Below, one piece after another: positions 33,901 to 48,175 of a DNA stretch of 62,082 nucleotides. The notes beneath the pieces are model-generated. The model made no database searches. It was given only the letters and a program-made list of their open reading frames with translations, and was not told the DNA's origin. The DNA lies in the NCBI GenBank assembly GCA_943704415.1, contig CALSCO010001421.1, forward strand, positions 1-62,082. Reading direction: 5' to 3'. The DNA is from Parvularia atlantis (lineage: Eukaryota). Each line of letters opens with the position of its first letter. The stretch's first letter is position 1. The position numbers and the translations under genes were made by a program.

Positions 33901-36742
33901 ATTGAGCACCGCGCACAGAGCCATGTCCCAGCTTGTGGCGTCGCCGTCGTTTCTGCTTGAGAAGGAGAAGGTCGAGGTGGTCGTCGTGCCGCTTGGTGCG
34001 CTTGACCGTGCTGTGCCTCGCCGCGATGACCCTCACGGCGCGCCGTGCAGATGACCGCAAGGGCGCGGGCGACAAGAAGAAGAAGGACGAGAAGGAGAAG
34101 AAGGAGAACGTGCGTGGACTGCGGTGCCGCGGTACTGCTCAGCGCTGACGGGCCCCCGCGCGCAAGGTGGGTGTCGTGCGCCGCGCCATACGCAACATCG
34201 AGCACATGCTCGAGGAGTTTGAAAAGTCGCAGCCCGAGGGGCTGCTGAAAGTGCTGCACCGTGCGTGCAGCAGAGGGTCCCCGTGCGCGCACATGCCCAC
34301 CAGAGCGTTGCGCAGGCCGCAAGGACCGCGACGTCGACGCCATGTTCACCACGCCGGCCGAGGGTGACCTGAGTTTGCGCAAGGACAGCAAGCTGTCGCT
34401 GTTCGAGGAGCAGCCGCGCAAGTCTGTCGTGGGTGCGGCCGCCCACCGGCGCTCGCTCGTGGCTGCGCTGACCCTTGGCCGTCGCGCAGGCGAGCTGATG
34501 CCGTCCAAGCAGTCGGGGTTGCGGCGCAGCTCGACGACGTCGAGCATGGAGGACGGTGCGCGCCCACTTGTTGCACTACAGGCGGCTGACGCGCACGCGC
34601 AGTCATCCCGCGGCCCGACGGGATGAGCCCCGAGTGGGTCAACTGGAGGCGACAGTGCCTCAACCTGTCGCCCGACGTGCGGGCGGGGCGGGCGGGGCGG
34701 CTGGTTGCGCGCGCCCCTCACAACGCCCTGGCTGCGCAGAACATCTGGAACGAGCTCGGCGTGCTCTCGTTCGGCAAGGAGGATGGCAAGCTGTTTGTCA
34801 AGGCCGGCACACTGAACCAAATCCTGATTCACTTGACCTCGCCGCTCGAGAACGCTGCCGACGCGCTGGCCGGTGCGTGCCCTCGCCCGACCGTCGCACG
34901 TGCCCCTGACTGCGACGCCGGCGCGGGCAGGCTCGGACTTTTACCGCACGTTCATGATGACGCTGCAGACCTTCACCGAGCCCGAGATCTTTGTGCAGAA
35001 GATGAACGAGCGGTGCGCGCGCCCGCCGATGCTTGCGCCTGTACTGTGCCTGACGACGGCTCGCGGGTGCAGGTACTGCGTGCCCCAGCCGCCGCCGGGC
35101 GTGTCTAAGGAGGCCTACGAGCAGGACGTGAAGAACCCGGTGCAGATGCGCGTGTGCAACCTGCTGTGAGCCGCGCCTGAGGCCGTCTGCCGCGACGACC
35201 AGCGCTCACGCCCGCGTCGCACAGCAAAAAGTGGATCATCGCCCGGTACGACCAGGACCTCGCGCACAAGCCGCGCCTGCTCGAGGACCTTGACCAGTTC
35301 ATCAACGACGTGGCCAAGGACAGCGAGTACCTGTCCAAGAACCTGCGCCAGTGCTTCAGCCTCTACGTGCGTCACCGCAGGCGAGCGCTGCGTGAGCTGA
35401 CGGGCGCGGCGCGATAGACGTCGGGCGAGCGCTTCCTGTACCACAAGAAGCTCGCGCAGGGCGACAACGCGCACAACGTGATGACGACCACGAACGACGT
35501 GCGCTGCCCCGCGCCGGCGGCGATGGCGCCTGCTCACGGGCGCCTGCTCAGGCGTCCATCTTCCACACGTTTGCGCACTTTGACCCGCGCGACGTCGCGG
35601 AGCAGCTGACGCTGATCGACGCCGAGAACTTCCGGGTGATTCGTGTACGCGCATGCGCGCTTGCCGTCCAGCCTTGCCGCTCGCGACGCTTGACACGCGT
35701 ACGGGCGCAGTTGTACGAGCTTGCGGGTCAGGCTTGGAGCAAGAAGGACGCCAGCGTCAAGTCGCCGAACCTGATGCGCATGATCAACCACACGAACCGG
35801 CTGTCGCTGTGGGTGGCGGCGTCGATCGTGCAGGAGCCCAAGTTGCGACGGCGGAAGAAGATCATGACCAACATGATCCTGCTGCTGCAGGTGCGGAGCG
35901 CGCGCGCTCTCGCGTGGCCAGGGCTGCAGCGCACACGCGTCTGCGCGCACAGTACCTCAAGAGCATCAACAACTTCCACGCGGTCATGGGCGTGCTCGCG
36001 GGCTTGTCGATGGCGGCCGTCTCGCGCCTCAAGCACACGATCAAGGAACTGCCGTCGCGCGTGCGCAAGGTGCGCGCGGCGGGCATGCCGCCCCGCCTGA
36101 CGCCCACACACCTGCGTGCGCAGATCCAGGAGGACATCGAGCAGGAAATGAGCTCGCTCGGGTCGTTCCGTATCTACCGCGAGAACATCAAAAAGGCGAC
36201 GGCGCCCGTGATCCCGTTCATGTGCGTCGGCGCCGTGTGCGACGCGCTGGCTCACGTGGCGGCGGCAGGGGCGTGATGCTCAGCGACCTCACCTTCGTCG
36301 AGGACGGCAACCCCAATATGACCGAGAACGGCCTGATCAACTGGATCAAGCGCTCGCTGCTCTACAACATCCTGTCGCAGGTGCGTCGCGGCCCCCTTGC
36401 GCTTTTAGCACGGCGCGCCGACCGCCGTGTGCGCGCAGTTCACCGAGTACCAGCGCGTGTGCTACTACACCTTCCCGGAGAAGCGTGTCAAGGACGCGAT
36501 CCTGGCCTCGATCGAGCAGGCCCAGACGACGCCGTCGCAGCTGTACAACGGGTCGCTGCAGATTGAGCCGCGCAACGGCGAGCTGCCGCCCGAGTCCGGG
36601 GTGCGTCGCTGCGGCCCGGCCGTGCGTCGCAGCGCTCGCTGATCTGCACCCGCGCGCCGCGGCGCAGGCAAACTCAGCCTGGTCCGCGTTCTTCAACCGG
36701 AGGCAGTCGGTCGTCGTGACCGGCCCAGGCCCGTCCAAGTGA
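30987..36742 (+). CDS. RasGEF (REM + CDC25 catalytic domains) with a long N-terminal helical, vinculin-like region
   Basis: REM: VKAGTLNQIL, DFYRTFMMTLQTFTEP, QMRVCNLLKKWI. Catalytic: VAEQLTLID, LSLWVAASI, NNFHAVMGVLAGL, PVIPFMGVMLSDLTFVEDGNP, SLQIEPR. About 30 introns. Confidence 0.88.
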
Positions 36743-36785
36743 GCCTCCGCTGAGCGTGCTGAAGGTGCTGTCGAATGTCGAGTGG

Positions 36786-36813
36786 TTTTGGCGCGCGCCG
36801 CTGGGCGTTCAAA
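36786..36813. promoter_or_regulatory. E2F-like site plus CHR-like element upstream of Cdc7
   Basis: TTTTGGCGCG 36786-36795 and TTCAAA 36808-36813, in the ~105-nt gap before the Cdc7 ATG. Confidence 0.45.
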
Positions 36814-36847
36814 CGAGAGCGCCACCGGTTGCCCAAGAGAGCGCGCA

Positions 36848-38851
<2,004 letters not shown>

Positions 38852-38898
38852 CGCGCATTTCTTGTTACCGCTACGACAGGCAGACAGCCGCGCGCGCT

Positions 38899-39346
38899 TC
38901 ACGAGCTCTTCTGACCGCCCTCGTGCTCGCTGGCGTGGCGCTGCTCCTGCTCGAGCGCCTCGTGGATCTTGCAGCGCTCGGCGACCGACTCGCGGCGGTC
39001 AATGTCGTGCTCGCTGACGGCCGCCGGGAGGATGCGGTCGACGCCCGTGCCGCCCTCGCTCTGCATGCGGCTGGCCGTCACGGCGCGTGTCAGCCGTGTC
39101 TCACCCGCGCGTGCGTCGGCTCGCACCCGACTTCCTGGCTCGGGCTGGGCTCGACAGCCTTGCCCTGCGTCTGCGACGTGACCGAGGACGTGAAGGGCGC
39201 CTCGCGGCTGGGGTCGTGCGTGCCTGTCGCGCGCGTGTGTCAGCACGCGAAGTGAAACCGAATGAAGGCGCACCAGGGGCGGGGGCGGCCGAGTCGTACT
39301 CGGGACGCACGGTGCGCGTCGTCTGCGTCGGCTTGCGCGCGGCCAT
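38899..39346 (-). CDS. Small hydrophilic protein of unknown function (~110 aa, 3 exons)
   Basis: MAARKPTQTT...PAP|GTHDPSREAP...QEVG|RMQSEGG...GGQKSS*. Two GTGCG...CAG introns with CTGAC branch sites keep the frame. Confidence 0.6.
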
Positions 39347-39448
39347 CGGTCGGTCTCGTGTGCGGGCGCGGCTGGAGCGGGCGCAAAGTGTGAGTGCCGC
39401 CGCGAGCGTGCGCAAGCCGCAGGGGCGTCAGCGTGACGCACATTCGTG

Positions 39449-42400
39449 ATGAACCTGTCAGACGCGCGCATCTCGGTAACGGCGCGGCGGCCGTCGAGCA
39501 CGCGCGACATCCACCTGCCGAACCAGGTGCGCCACGTGCGCGCGCGCGCGCGATCGCCGGCAGGTTGATGCTCCCCCGCACGCGCGCATGCACGCAGCTG
39601 GAGGATGTGAGCGTCGTCGCGCTCGACATCGGCGGGAGCCTGTCCAAGGTCGTGTACTTCTCGCGCAAGCAGGTCGACTACGACGCCGGCGACGGCTCGC
39701 CCGGCGGCCGCCTGCACTTTGAGCGCTTCCCGAGCAAGCCGCTGGACGAGTGCCTGCGCTTCGTCGAGCGCATCACCGAGGACAGCCGGCGCGCGGGGCG
39801 GCCGCTGGTGCGCGCGCGCACACGTCACGGCGCACGGCCGCCCTTCCCACGCGAGCGCGCGCGCGCACACGCAGGTCATCCGCGCCACCGGCGGCGGCGC
39901 GCACAAGTACGCGGACGAGATCTACCGGCGCCTGGGCATCCGCCTGCAGCCGTTCGACGAGATGCGCTGCCTCATCGTCGGGCTCAACTTTCTCCTGCGT
40001 GAGGTGCCGTATGAGGTGCGTGCGGGCGCGAGCGCGAGTGCGTGCGCGGGAGGCCGATCGGGGGGCGGCTACGCGCAGGTGTTCACGGTCCAGCCGGACA
40101 CGTCGGCCATGAGCTTCCAGGAGCTGCCGCGCTGGGACGGCGTGTTCCCGTACATGCTCGTCAACATCGGCTCGGGCGTGAGCATCCTCAAGGTCACCAG
40201 CCCGACCACGTACCAGCGCGTCAGCGGCACGAGCCTGGGCGGCGGCACGCTCTGGGGCTTGCTGTCGTTGCTGACCGACTGCAAGGCGCGCGCGCGCGGC
40301 GACGGCGCCCCGGTCGCCGCTGACGCTTCGTCGTCGTCATTGCAGGACTATGACTCGATGCTGGCGCTGGCAACGCAGGGCGACAACCGCAACGTCGACA
40401 TGCTCGTGGGCGACATCTACGGCATGGACTACGGCAGCATCGGGCTCAAGTCGACCACGATCGCGTCGTGCTTCGGCAAGGCGCGCGCCTAGCCCGGCCA
40501 TGTTCGAGCGCGCACACTGACAGGCGCCGGCGGCACTGCAGTGCTTCCAACGCGAGAGCGGCAGCGACGCGCCCAAGCCGCAGTTCCGCCCCGAGGACAT
40601 CTGCAAGAGCGCGCTGCTCATGGTGTCGAACAACATCGGCCAGGTGCGCTTTCCTGCGCGGGCCAGTCGCACGCTCGAGCCCTGACGGCCGCGCGCCCAG
40701 ATCGCCTACCTGAATGCGACCGTGCACAACATCTCGCGCATCTACTTTGGCGGGTCGTTCATCCGCGGGCACGTCGACACGATGCGCACGATCTCGTACG
40801 CGATCAGCTTCTGGTCCAAGGGCAGCGCGCAAGGCGCGTGCGCCCGCGCGCGCAGCGATGCCCGCTTCACTGACGCCGCTGTGGTTTGTCGTCGTGACAG
40901 CGCTTTTCCTGCGCCACGACGGCTACATCGGCGCCCTGGGCGCGTTCCTGGTCGAGGATCTGCCGCCGCCCGACAGCGGCGCGGACGATTCGCGCAGCGC
41001 CGACCTGCAGGCGATCTCGTCCGATGACGCCAGGGTGGTGGAGACGCCGAACCCGATGGCGCGTGGCGGCTCATTCATCGAGAACTTTGCGCGATCCAAC
41101 TCGATCTCGGACTCGTCGCCCGGGTCACTCGGTTTCCTTGACACGTGCGATCCGCTTCACAGTGCCGCGCGCGCGCGCGCCCCTGACCTACCACGCAGTA
41201 CGCGCAACAACCTTGTGGCGTGCCCGCTCCTGGCCGACCTGGCGACCTACGAGCCGGATACGCTGCACCTCGAGAGCCACGAGCGGCGGCAGTTCTGGCT
41301 CAAGTCGTTCGAGGACTCGATCGACAACACCATCCAGGTGCGCACTCACGCTCCCTTCGCAAAGGTGCTCGCTGCTGACCGCCGGGCACGCCCGGCCAGG
41401 TCGTTTTGTCGTCGATGGGCGACACGCCCGAGCTGCGCCAGAAGACGGACGAGTTTGTCAAGTGCGGTGCCGGCTGTTGCTGCTGCGCCGTGCATGCTGA
41501 CGTGCACTTGCGCACGAGGGCGTACAAATCGTTCCTGGCGCGGCTGCAGAGCGAGCCGGGCGCGTTTGGCGGGCTGTCGGTGCGGAGTCTGCTGGACGTG
41601 CGTGAGCAGGTGCGCACTTTCATGCGATCGGCCGCGTGCACTTGTCCTGACGCGTGCCTGGCCGCAGTGCCTGCACGAGTACGTCTCGGCGGACCCGCTC
41701 AAGCAGCTCAAGCACCGCGAGAACGCGCACGCGATCAGCTCACTCGCGGGGCGGCTCGACTTCCTGCGCGGGCTTGACGAGGCGCGCCGGCAGCGCGAGA
41801 TCATCGCCGGCCTGCTGTCGGGTGCGTGCGCATGGCAAGCGCGGCGGGGACTCAGCGACGACTGAGCGATCGCCAGGCAATATGTTTGACTGGGGCGCGC
41901 GCGAGGTCGTCAAGGAGATCAACAAGGGCGGGCTCGACTTTGACAACGCGGCCGAGCTGATTCACCGCGGCAACGCCGAGCTCGACTACACCGAGGCGTT
42001 CTGCCGTCGGTGTGCCGCGTCCGTCCGCGCCGTGTGCGGCGCGTCGTGACCACTCCCGCATGCAGGCTCAACGGCGGGCCGGCGCACACCAAGGCCATCA
42101 TCTTTGCAGACAACTGCGGGCAGGACATCGTGCTGGGCATTGTGCCGTTTGCGCTGTACCTGCTGGGACGGTGCGCGCGCGCGCGCGTCATGTGACCGGG
42201 TCGGTGGTGGGCCTTACGGCGAGGCCGCGGCGCGCAGCGGGACGCAGGTCGTCATCGCCTGCAACTCGCGGCCCGCGCTCAACGACATCACCCACAGCGA
42301 GATGCTCAGCCTGGCGGGCGCGATCTCCGAGGTCAGCGCCGAGTTCCAGGAGGCGTACCGTTCCGGGTGCGCGCGCGGTGTCGGGCGCTGTGGACACGGC

Positions 42401-42736
42401 GGGCTGAGCACGGCGTCGCAGGCGCTTGAGCGTCATGCCGTCGGGTCAACAGTCGCCCTGCCTCAACCTCGCGCGGATCAACAGCACGCTGGCCAGGGCG
42501 TGCAAGGACGCAGACCTGCTCGTGCTGCACGGCATGGGCCGCGCGATTCACACCAACCTGCGCGCACGGTGCGCTCGCGCGTTCACACGCACCCCACGTC
42601 AACAGCTCACCACCCGCGCAGGTTTCGCTGCGACACGCTTAAGCTGGCCGTGATCAAGTCGGCCGTCGTCGCGCGTGAGCTCAATGCGCGCATGTACGAC
42701 GCCGTGGTGCTCTTCGAGCCGGGAGCGACGGCGTGA
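39449..42736 (+). CDS. PANK4: Type II pantothenate kinase fused to a DUF89/ARMT1-like damage-control phosphatase (PANK4 / plant PANK2 architecture)
   Basis: Pan[66 protein letters not shown]89: [36 protein letters not shown]. Confidence 0.92.
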
Positions 42737-42835
42737 GGAGGGGTGTAGCGAGGGCACGGCACCGCCGCGCGTCAGACATTGACACACACACACACAAAAA
42801 AAAAACAACGACAAACACGTCTCGTGGCGCTCGCG

Positions 42836-44657
42836 TCACATCGTCATGACGCTGCGCATGCCGCTGAGCTGACACTGGCGGGTGCGCGGCTGTGAGCACA
42901 GGCCACAAAATTGCGCACGGCACGACGCACCATCCGGTCCGTGTCGTCCGGGGTCATGGGCGTGTAGCCAGGCGGATCGCAATACCGTCCGACGTGTCCA
43001 ATGCCAGCCTGCTGCCGCTCCTGCAGCGCGTTGACGCTCGTGTCAGTCGCTGCGGCGATGCCGTGCGAGCCTCGCACGCACCACGAGCGAGGTGTAGAGA
43101 TTCTTGTAGCCGCGGTGGAGCACGTACATCTCCGGGTAGAGCACGTAGCCCTTGCCGTCGCAGAGCCATCGGTCATGCTTGCGGATGTTTTCAAACAGCC
43201 GCGGCCCTGTCGGTAGCGTGAGCGGCAAATGAGGCGTGCCGTGCCGAGCGCACGCACCGCGCATCTGCGAGAACTCGCAGTGGATGATCACGAGGTGCTC
43301 CTTGCCGTGCAGGTTGTCCGTCTGGAACAGCAGCTCCTGCGTGTGCGGCGCACTTCATGAGTCGCGGAGCGCGCGCGGGCGTGTGCTTGCCGAGCGCACA
43401 TGGGCCTGCTCTCTGTGCGGGCAGTTGATGGCGTTGCGGATGTGGCCGCCGTTGTACTCGTAGGGGTAGCGGCAGTCGATGATCGTGATCTTGCGGTAGA
43501 GCGCGCTGTATTTGCCGTCGAGGACGTCGCACAGCTGCGGGTCACGCGCGTGCGTAATGCGGGAAATATTTGGCGTGCGATGGCGCAAGAGCATCGAGCC
43601 GCACGCACCGTCTTCCACGACATCTGCGCGTTTGTCGGCTGATCCAGCACGACAGGCAGCAGCGGGACGATGAACACGTGCATCACCAGCGGGACGTAGG
43701 CGTGGGCGCGGGCATTGCCGTGGGCGTGGGCGTGGGCGTTGCCGCGGTTGTTGTTGGGCGACTCGTCGGCCGGCTCGTCGCGGTCCGAAGCCACATGCGG
43801 GCCGTTGGTGCTGTCGATCGAGACGCGGCGCATCTTGGTGGCGCTGGCGGGCACCTGGTGGCGCTGCGCATCCACAGGCTGACGGACCCAGGTGACGTCG
43901 ACGAGCGGGTCGTCGATCGGCGACGGCAGCGGCGACGTCGAGACGGACGCGGGCAGCGACAGCGTCGAGCCCGAGCTGCTCGTGAGGGTGTCGGACAGCG
44001 AGGGCGAGGGGACGAGCGTCGACTGCGACGACGAGCGCGAGAGCAGGGGCTGCGCGCGGTGCGAGCGGCCGTGTGACGACCCGGCAGGACAAGACAAGGA
44101 CGGAAGAAATGCACACGCACGTTGTTGGGCTTGGTGCTCGGCCAGCGGGCGCGGGGGCGCGTCGGCGGCATGCCGAGCCTGCCGTTGCGGCGGCCGTCAG
44201 GCGCGCGGGCTGCGCGCACGGCACGCACGGCGGCTTGTTGGTCTCGACCACGCCGAGCGGCGGCTGCGACGCGTTCTTGCGCTTGGTGGCGGCCGTGGGG
44301 CTGGCGTGGCGCGGTCTGTGAGGCAGGGACGTGCGGTGCGCATGCGGGGCGCGAGGGCGGGCACCTGTTCATGGTCAGGGCGCGCAGCTCGTCCAGCTGC
44401 TCTTCCTCGGCGCCGCCGTCGACGGGCGCAGAGAGCGGGATGCCGGGCGAGTCGTCGAAGGCCGCGCCGAGAGCGTCGTCGTCGTCGGCACCCAGCGAGT
44501 CGCACGGCGACGCCTCGCCTGCGCGCGGCTCGACGTTCTCCGACATGGCGCGCAGCCGGAAGAGCGGCGGAAAGCCGAGCGACAAGGCGCGGCGCGCCAT
44601 GGGGCTCGGGCTGTGCGCGGCAGGCCGCGCGTCGCCGCTGCCACGACGCCCGTACAT
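42836..44657 (-). CDS. CDC25: Cdc25/Mih1 M-phase inducer phosphatase (start codon uncertain among three in-frame ATGs)
   Basis: IIDCRYPYEYNGGHIRNAIN, IIHCEFSQMR|GPRL (HCX5R), LYPEMYVLHRGYKN, YCDPPGYTPM. Ser/Pro-rich N-terminus. Confidence 0.9.
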
Positions 44658-44799
44658 GCTCGCGGGCGAGGGCGGGGCGCACGGGGGCCCGGCGGGGCGC
44701 GCGCGGCGGCGGGGCGACGTCGCTGGGATGGGCCGAGCCGGAAGGGTGGGGGAGGGCCGCGCGCGGTCAGCCCGAAAAAGCCGCGGAGGGACTCTTTTT

Positions 44800-44809
44800 T
44801 TTTGGCGCG
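44800..44809. promoter_or_regulatory. E2F-like site upstream of Cdc25
   Basis: TTTTGGCGCG in the Cdc25/epimerase intergenic region. Confidence 0.35.
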
Positions 44810-45026
44810 TGTGACGTGCGGTTCGGCGTGTGCGGCGGTCGCGCAACCGCAGCGACCGGCGGCGGGCCCGAGAAGGCGGACGAGGAGCGCGTACGCGGGC
44901 AGCACACACGGCAGACGCGCGGCCCCGCAGCGGCGCGAGAGAGGGAGGGGAGGGAGGAAACGCGACGCGGCGGACAGGACACGCCGACCGTTACAAATGC
45001 TCGAACGCGATTGGCCGACGCGAGGG

Positions 45027-46246
45027 ATGTCTGAGCTCCGAGTCGGCGTCAATGGACTGGTGCGGTGCGCGTGGTGCCGTGGCGCGTCCCGGGGGGGGGG
45101 GGGGGGGGGAGGCTGACGCCGCGCACGCCGGCACGCAGCCCAAGGTGCGCCTCGTGCACCCGAGTGGCCGCGCGGCCGTGGAGGCGTACCTGCACGGCGC
45201 GAGCGTGACCAGCTGGACCGTCGATGGCGTCGAGCAGCTCTTCGTGAGGTCGGCCAACGAGCGCGCGCACGCGACGTGACGCGGGGTCGCTCATGCCACC
45301 GCAGCGCCGAGGCCGTGTTCAACGGCAAGAACCCTATCCGCGGCGGCATCCCGATCGTGTTCCGTGCGTGACGACGCCCCGCACTCATCACTCAGGCTCA
45401 TCACCGGCGCCAGCCCAGTTTGCAATGACCGGCCCGCTGCGCATGCACGGCTTCGCGCGCAACCAGACCTGGCGCGTCGAGGACGGACCGGGCAGTGGCG
45501 ACGGCCAACACGCCGTGCTCCAGTTCCGCCTGGCCGACGACGACGAGACGCGGGCCGAGTGGGACGGCAACGCGTTCGAGCTCACGTACACGGTCACGCT
45601 GGGCGAGCGCACGCTCGCGACGCAGCTGCACGTGCGCAACCGCAACGCCGACCGCCCCTTCACCTTCACGACGGCGCTGCACACGTACTTCGCCGCTGGC
45701 GACATCGAGTGCGTGCGCGTGCACGGCTTCAAGGGCCGGCAGTACACCAACAACCCGGCACGCGACCACGAGGTGCGCGCGACGCGGTGCGCGCCGTGCT
45801 GGCGCGGCCTGACAGCAGCGAGCAGTACACGGAGGAGAGCGACGCCATCGTGTTTGCGGCCGAGACCGATCGCGTCTACTACGGCATGGCCGGCGCGGAG
45901 GTCTCGGCCACGGACGGCGAGCAGCGCCACATCGCGCTGCGCAACGAGGGCTTCGAGGATATGGGTGCGCTGGGCACACGCGTGCGCCCAGACCGGCGGG
46001 CTGACGGGGCTGAACGTGCGGCGCAGTCGTGTGGAACCCGTGGATCAACAAGTCCAAGGCGATGCCGGATTTTGGCGACGATGAGGTGCTGCCGTGGCCC
46101 GCCGACGTGCGTGTGCCTGAGACGCTGGCGGCGCGCAGTACCACCGCATGTTCTGCATCGAGGTGGCGACGATCCAGCACCCGGTCACGCTCGCGCCGGG
46201 CGCGGCGTGGTCTGCGGGCCAGCTGCTCACGGCGGGCCAGCAGTGA
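45027..46246 (+). CDS. Glucose-6-phosphate 1-epimerase (aldose 1-epimerase family)
   Basis: YLHGASVTSW, PIRGGIPIVFPQF, HGFARN, FTTALHTYF, ETDRVY, VVWNPW, MPDFGDDEY, MFCIE. Confidence 0.93.
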
Positions 46247-46254
46247 CGCGTCTC

Positions 46255-46734
46255 TCAGTAACAACACTTACACTCGAACGGGCACTCGGGCGTCTCTGCG
46301 CGAGGGGCGTACAGTGAGCGCGACGCCGTTGCACGCGCGTGGGAGGCTTAGAGCCGCGCACCGCCGCCTCGCCCGATCTGCAGCTCCTCCTCGGTGAAGA
46401 TCGGCAGCCCGTCGTCCGTGTACCGCCGCCCTGCACTCGCGCGCGCGCACATCAGCCACGCGAGCGTGCGTGCAGATGCGCGCGTGCGATGCGCACTCTT
46501 CGGCAGCAGCCCGCGGCTGTCGGCAAAGGCGGCGTCCGACGCATCGGGTCGCGGCGCGGTCGGCACGGGCATCATCGGCCTCGCCGCTTTTGCCTTCTTC
46601 TTCGCCGCATCGGACGTCGCGGCCTTCTTCTTCGCCGCAGCCGGCGCCGCGACCGCGGCCTGTGCGGGTGCGCCGTCGCCCGCGGACCGCTTCTTGCGCG
46701 CGGCCGCGAAGATGTCGTCGATGCTGTCCGACAT
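46255..46734 (-). CDS. DUF1764 family protein
   Basis: IDDIFA, FADSRG, RRYTDDGLPIFTEEELQIGRGG and C-terminal ETPECPFECKCCY*. Confidence 0.88.
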
Positions 46735-46774
46735 TTAAGTGTGACCGACCGCGCTCGATCGACGGTGCGCGCGA

Positions 46775-48143
46775 ATGGCGGCGCGTCCTCTGTCTCTGAC
46801 GCGCGTGTCGGCAGCGCGCTGCGTCCCCGAGCGCGGCACCTCCCCTCCCACCCGCGCCCCGGCACGTGCGGCGGGCGTCCGCGCTGCGCCCGGCAGCAGC
46901 ACCATGGCGTGCGCGCGCTGGGCGCCGGTCGCGCTCGTGCTCGCCCTGGCGGCGGCGGCGGCGGCGCGTGCTGCCGCGCAGGTCAACGGCTCCGGGTCCA
47001 ATTCGGAGGGGCCCGACGCGGGCGCGCCCACGGCGACGGTGATCACGGTCAGCACGGTCGTGTTCATCCTCTACCTGGCCGTGTTTGTGCTCATCGTCAC
47101 GTTTCTCGTGTTCTACGCGTCCAACGTGCTCGCGTCGCTGCTCAACCTGCTGCTCAACCTGTACCTTTGGCGCAAGTACAAGACCTACGTCGAGTTCACC
47201 GCGGTCAAGCTGTCGATCCTGGGCGGGCGCGTGCTCTTCCGCCGCCTGCGCTACGTCACGAAGGACTACTCGGTCCGGATCGAGGGTGGCTACATCACCT
47301 TCCGCTACTGGCTCTACACGCCGCGGCATCCGCAGGACATCACCATGGGCCCTGGCACGCGCTCGCGCATCGCCGTCCACGCTGAGGGCGCCGAGTACTT
47401 TGTCTACAACCGCTCCGAGGCCTACGACCGCCTGCGCGCGGTTCTGGCCAAGCGCGAGGCCGAGCGCACGGGCACGGCCCTAGCCGACGAGCTGCGGCGC
47501 CTGCTCGACCCGTTCGGCGAGCCGGTGCTGCCCGGCTCGGCTGCTGCCGCGGCGCCGGCCGGCACGCCGCCATACCTCCCGCTCGACATCTTCATCGACC
47601 GCGGCGCGATCGTCCTTGGCAGCCCGGCCACGACCACGCTGCTGGTCGCGTCGTTCCGCTATCTCACGGGCCTGTACACGGCCATCGACGGGCGCTCGCG
47701 CCTGGATAAGCTGCGCTACGTCCTGCGCATGTCGATCGAGCAGGCCGACATCAGCTTCTCGACCAACTTTGACTACGGCCTCTCGGCCGAGGACCGCGAG
47801 CGGCCCGGGCGGAGCGCGATCGAGACCGGCATCAGCGCCCTGACCATGTCGCCGCTGTGGACACTGCTTGGGCGTGCCGTTACGTTTGCGCCGCCGTCGC
47901 ACCAGCAGCCGCACCAGCAGCCGCAGCAGTCGCAGCCGCAGTCGCTCTCGCAGGCGGCCCTCGTCGACGGCGCACCGGCAGTGTCGCCAGCGCGCGTCCG
48001 CGCCAAGTCGTTCTTCCGCCGCAAGGTCGTCTCGCCCAAGGCCTCGTTTGCGACCGACTCGTCCGCGGGCGCGTCGTCGGACGAGGCCCCAACATCCTCG
48101 CCGCCGCACGACGACGGCGCCTCTCCCGCGCACGACCCCAGCG

Positions 48144-48175
<32 letters not shown>

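Noticed and set aside
45091..45109. Poly-G tracts (also 30122-30135 and near 38025), poly-A runs (21608-21619, 42796-42804) and CA runs
   Set aside because: Simple homopolymers or microsatellites in introns or 3' regions, with no evidence of function or retro-insertion.
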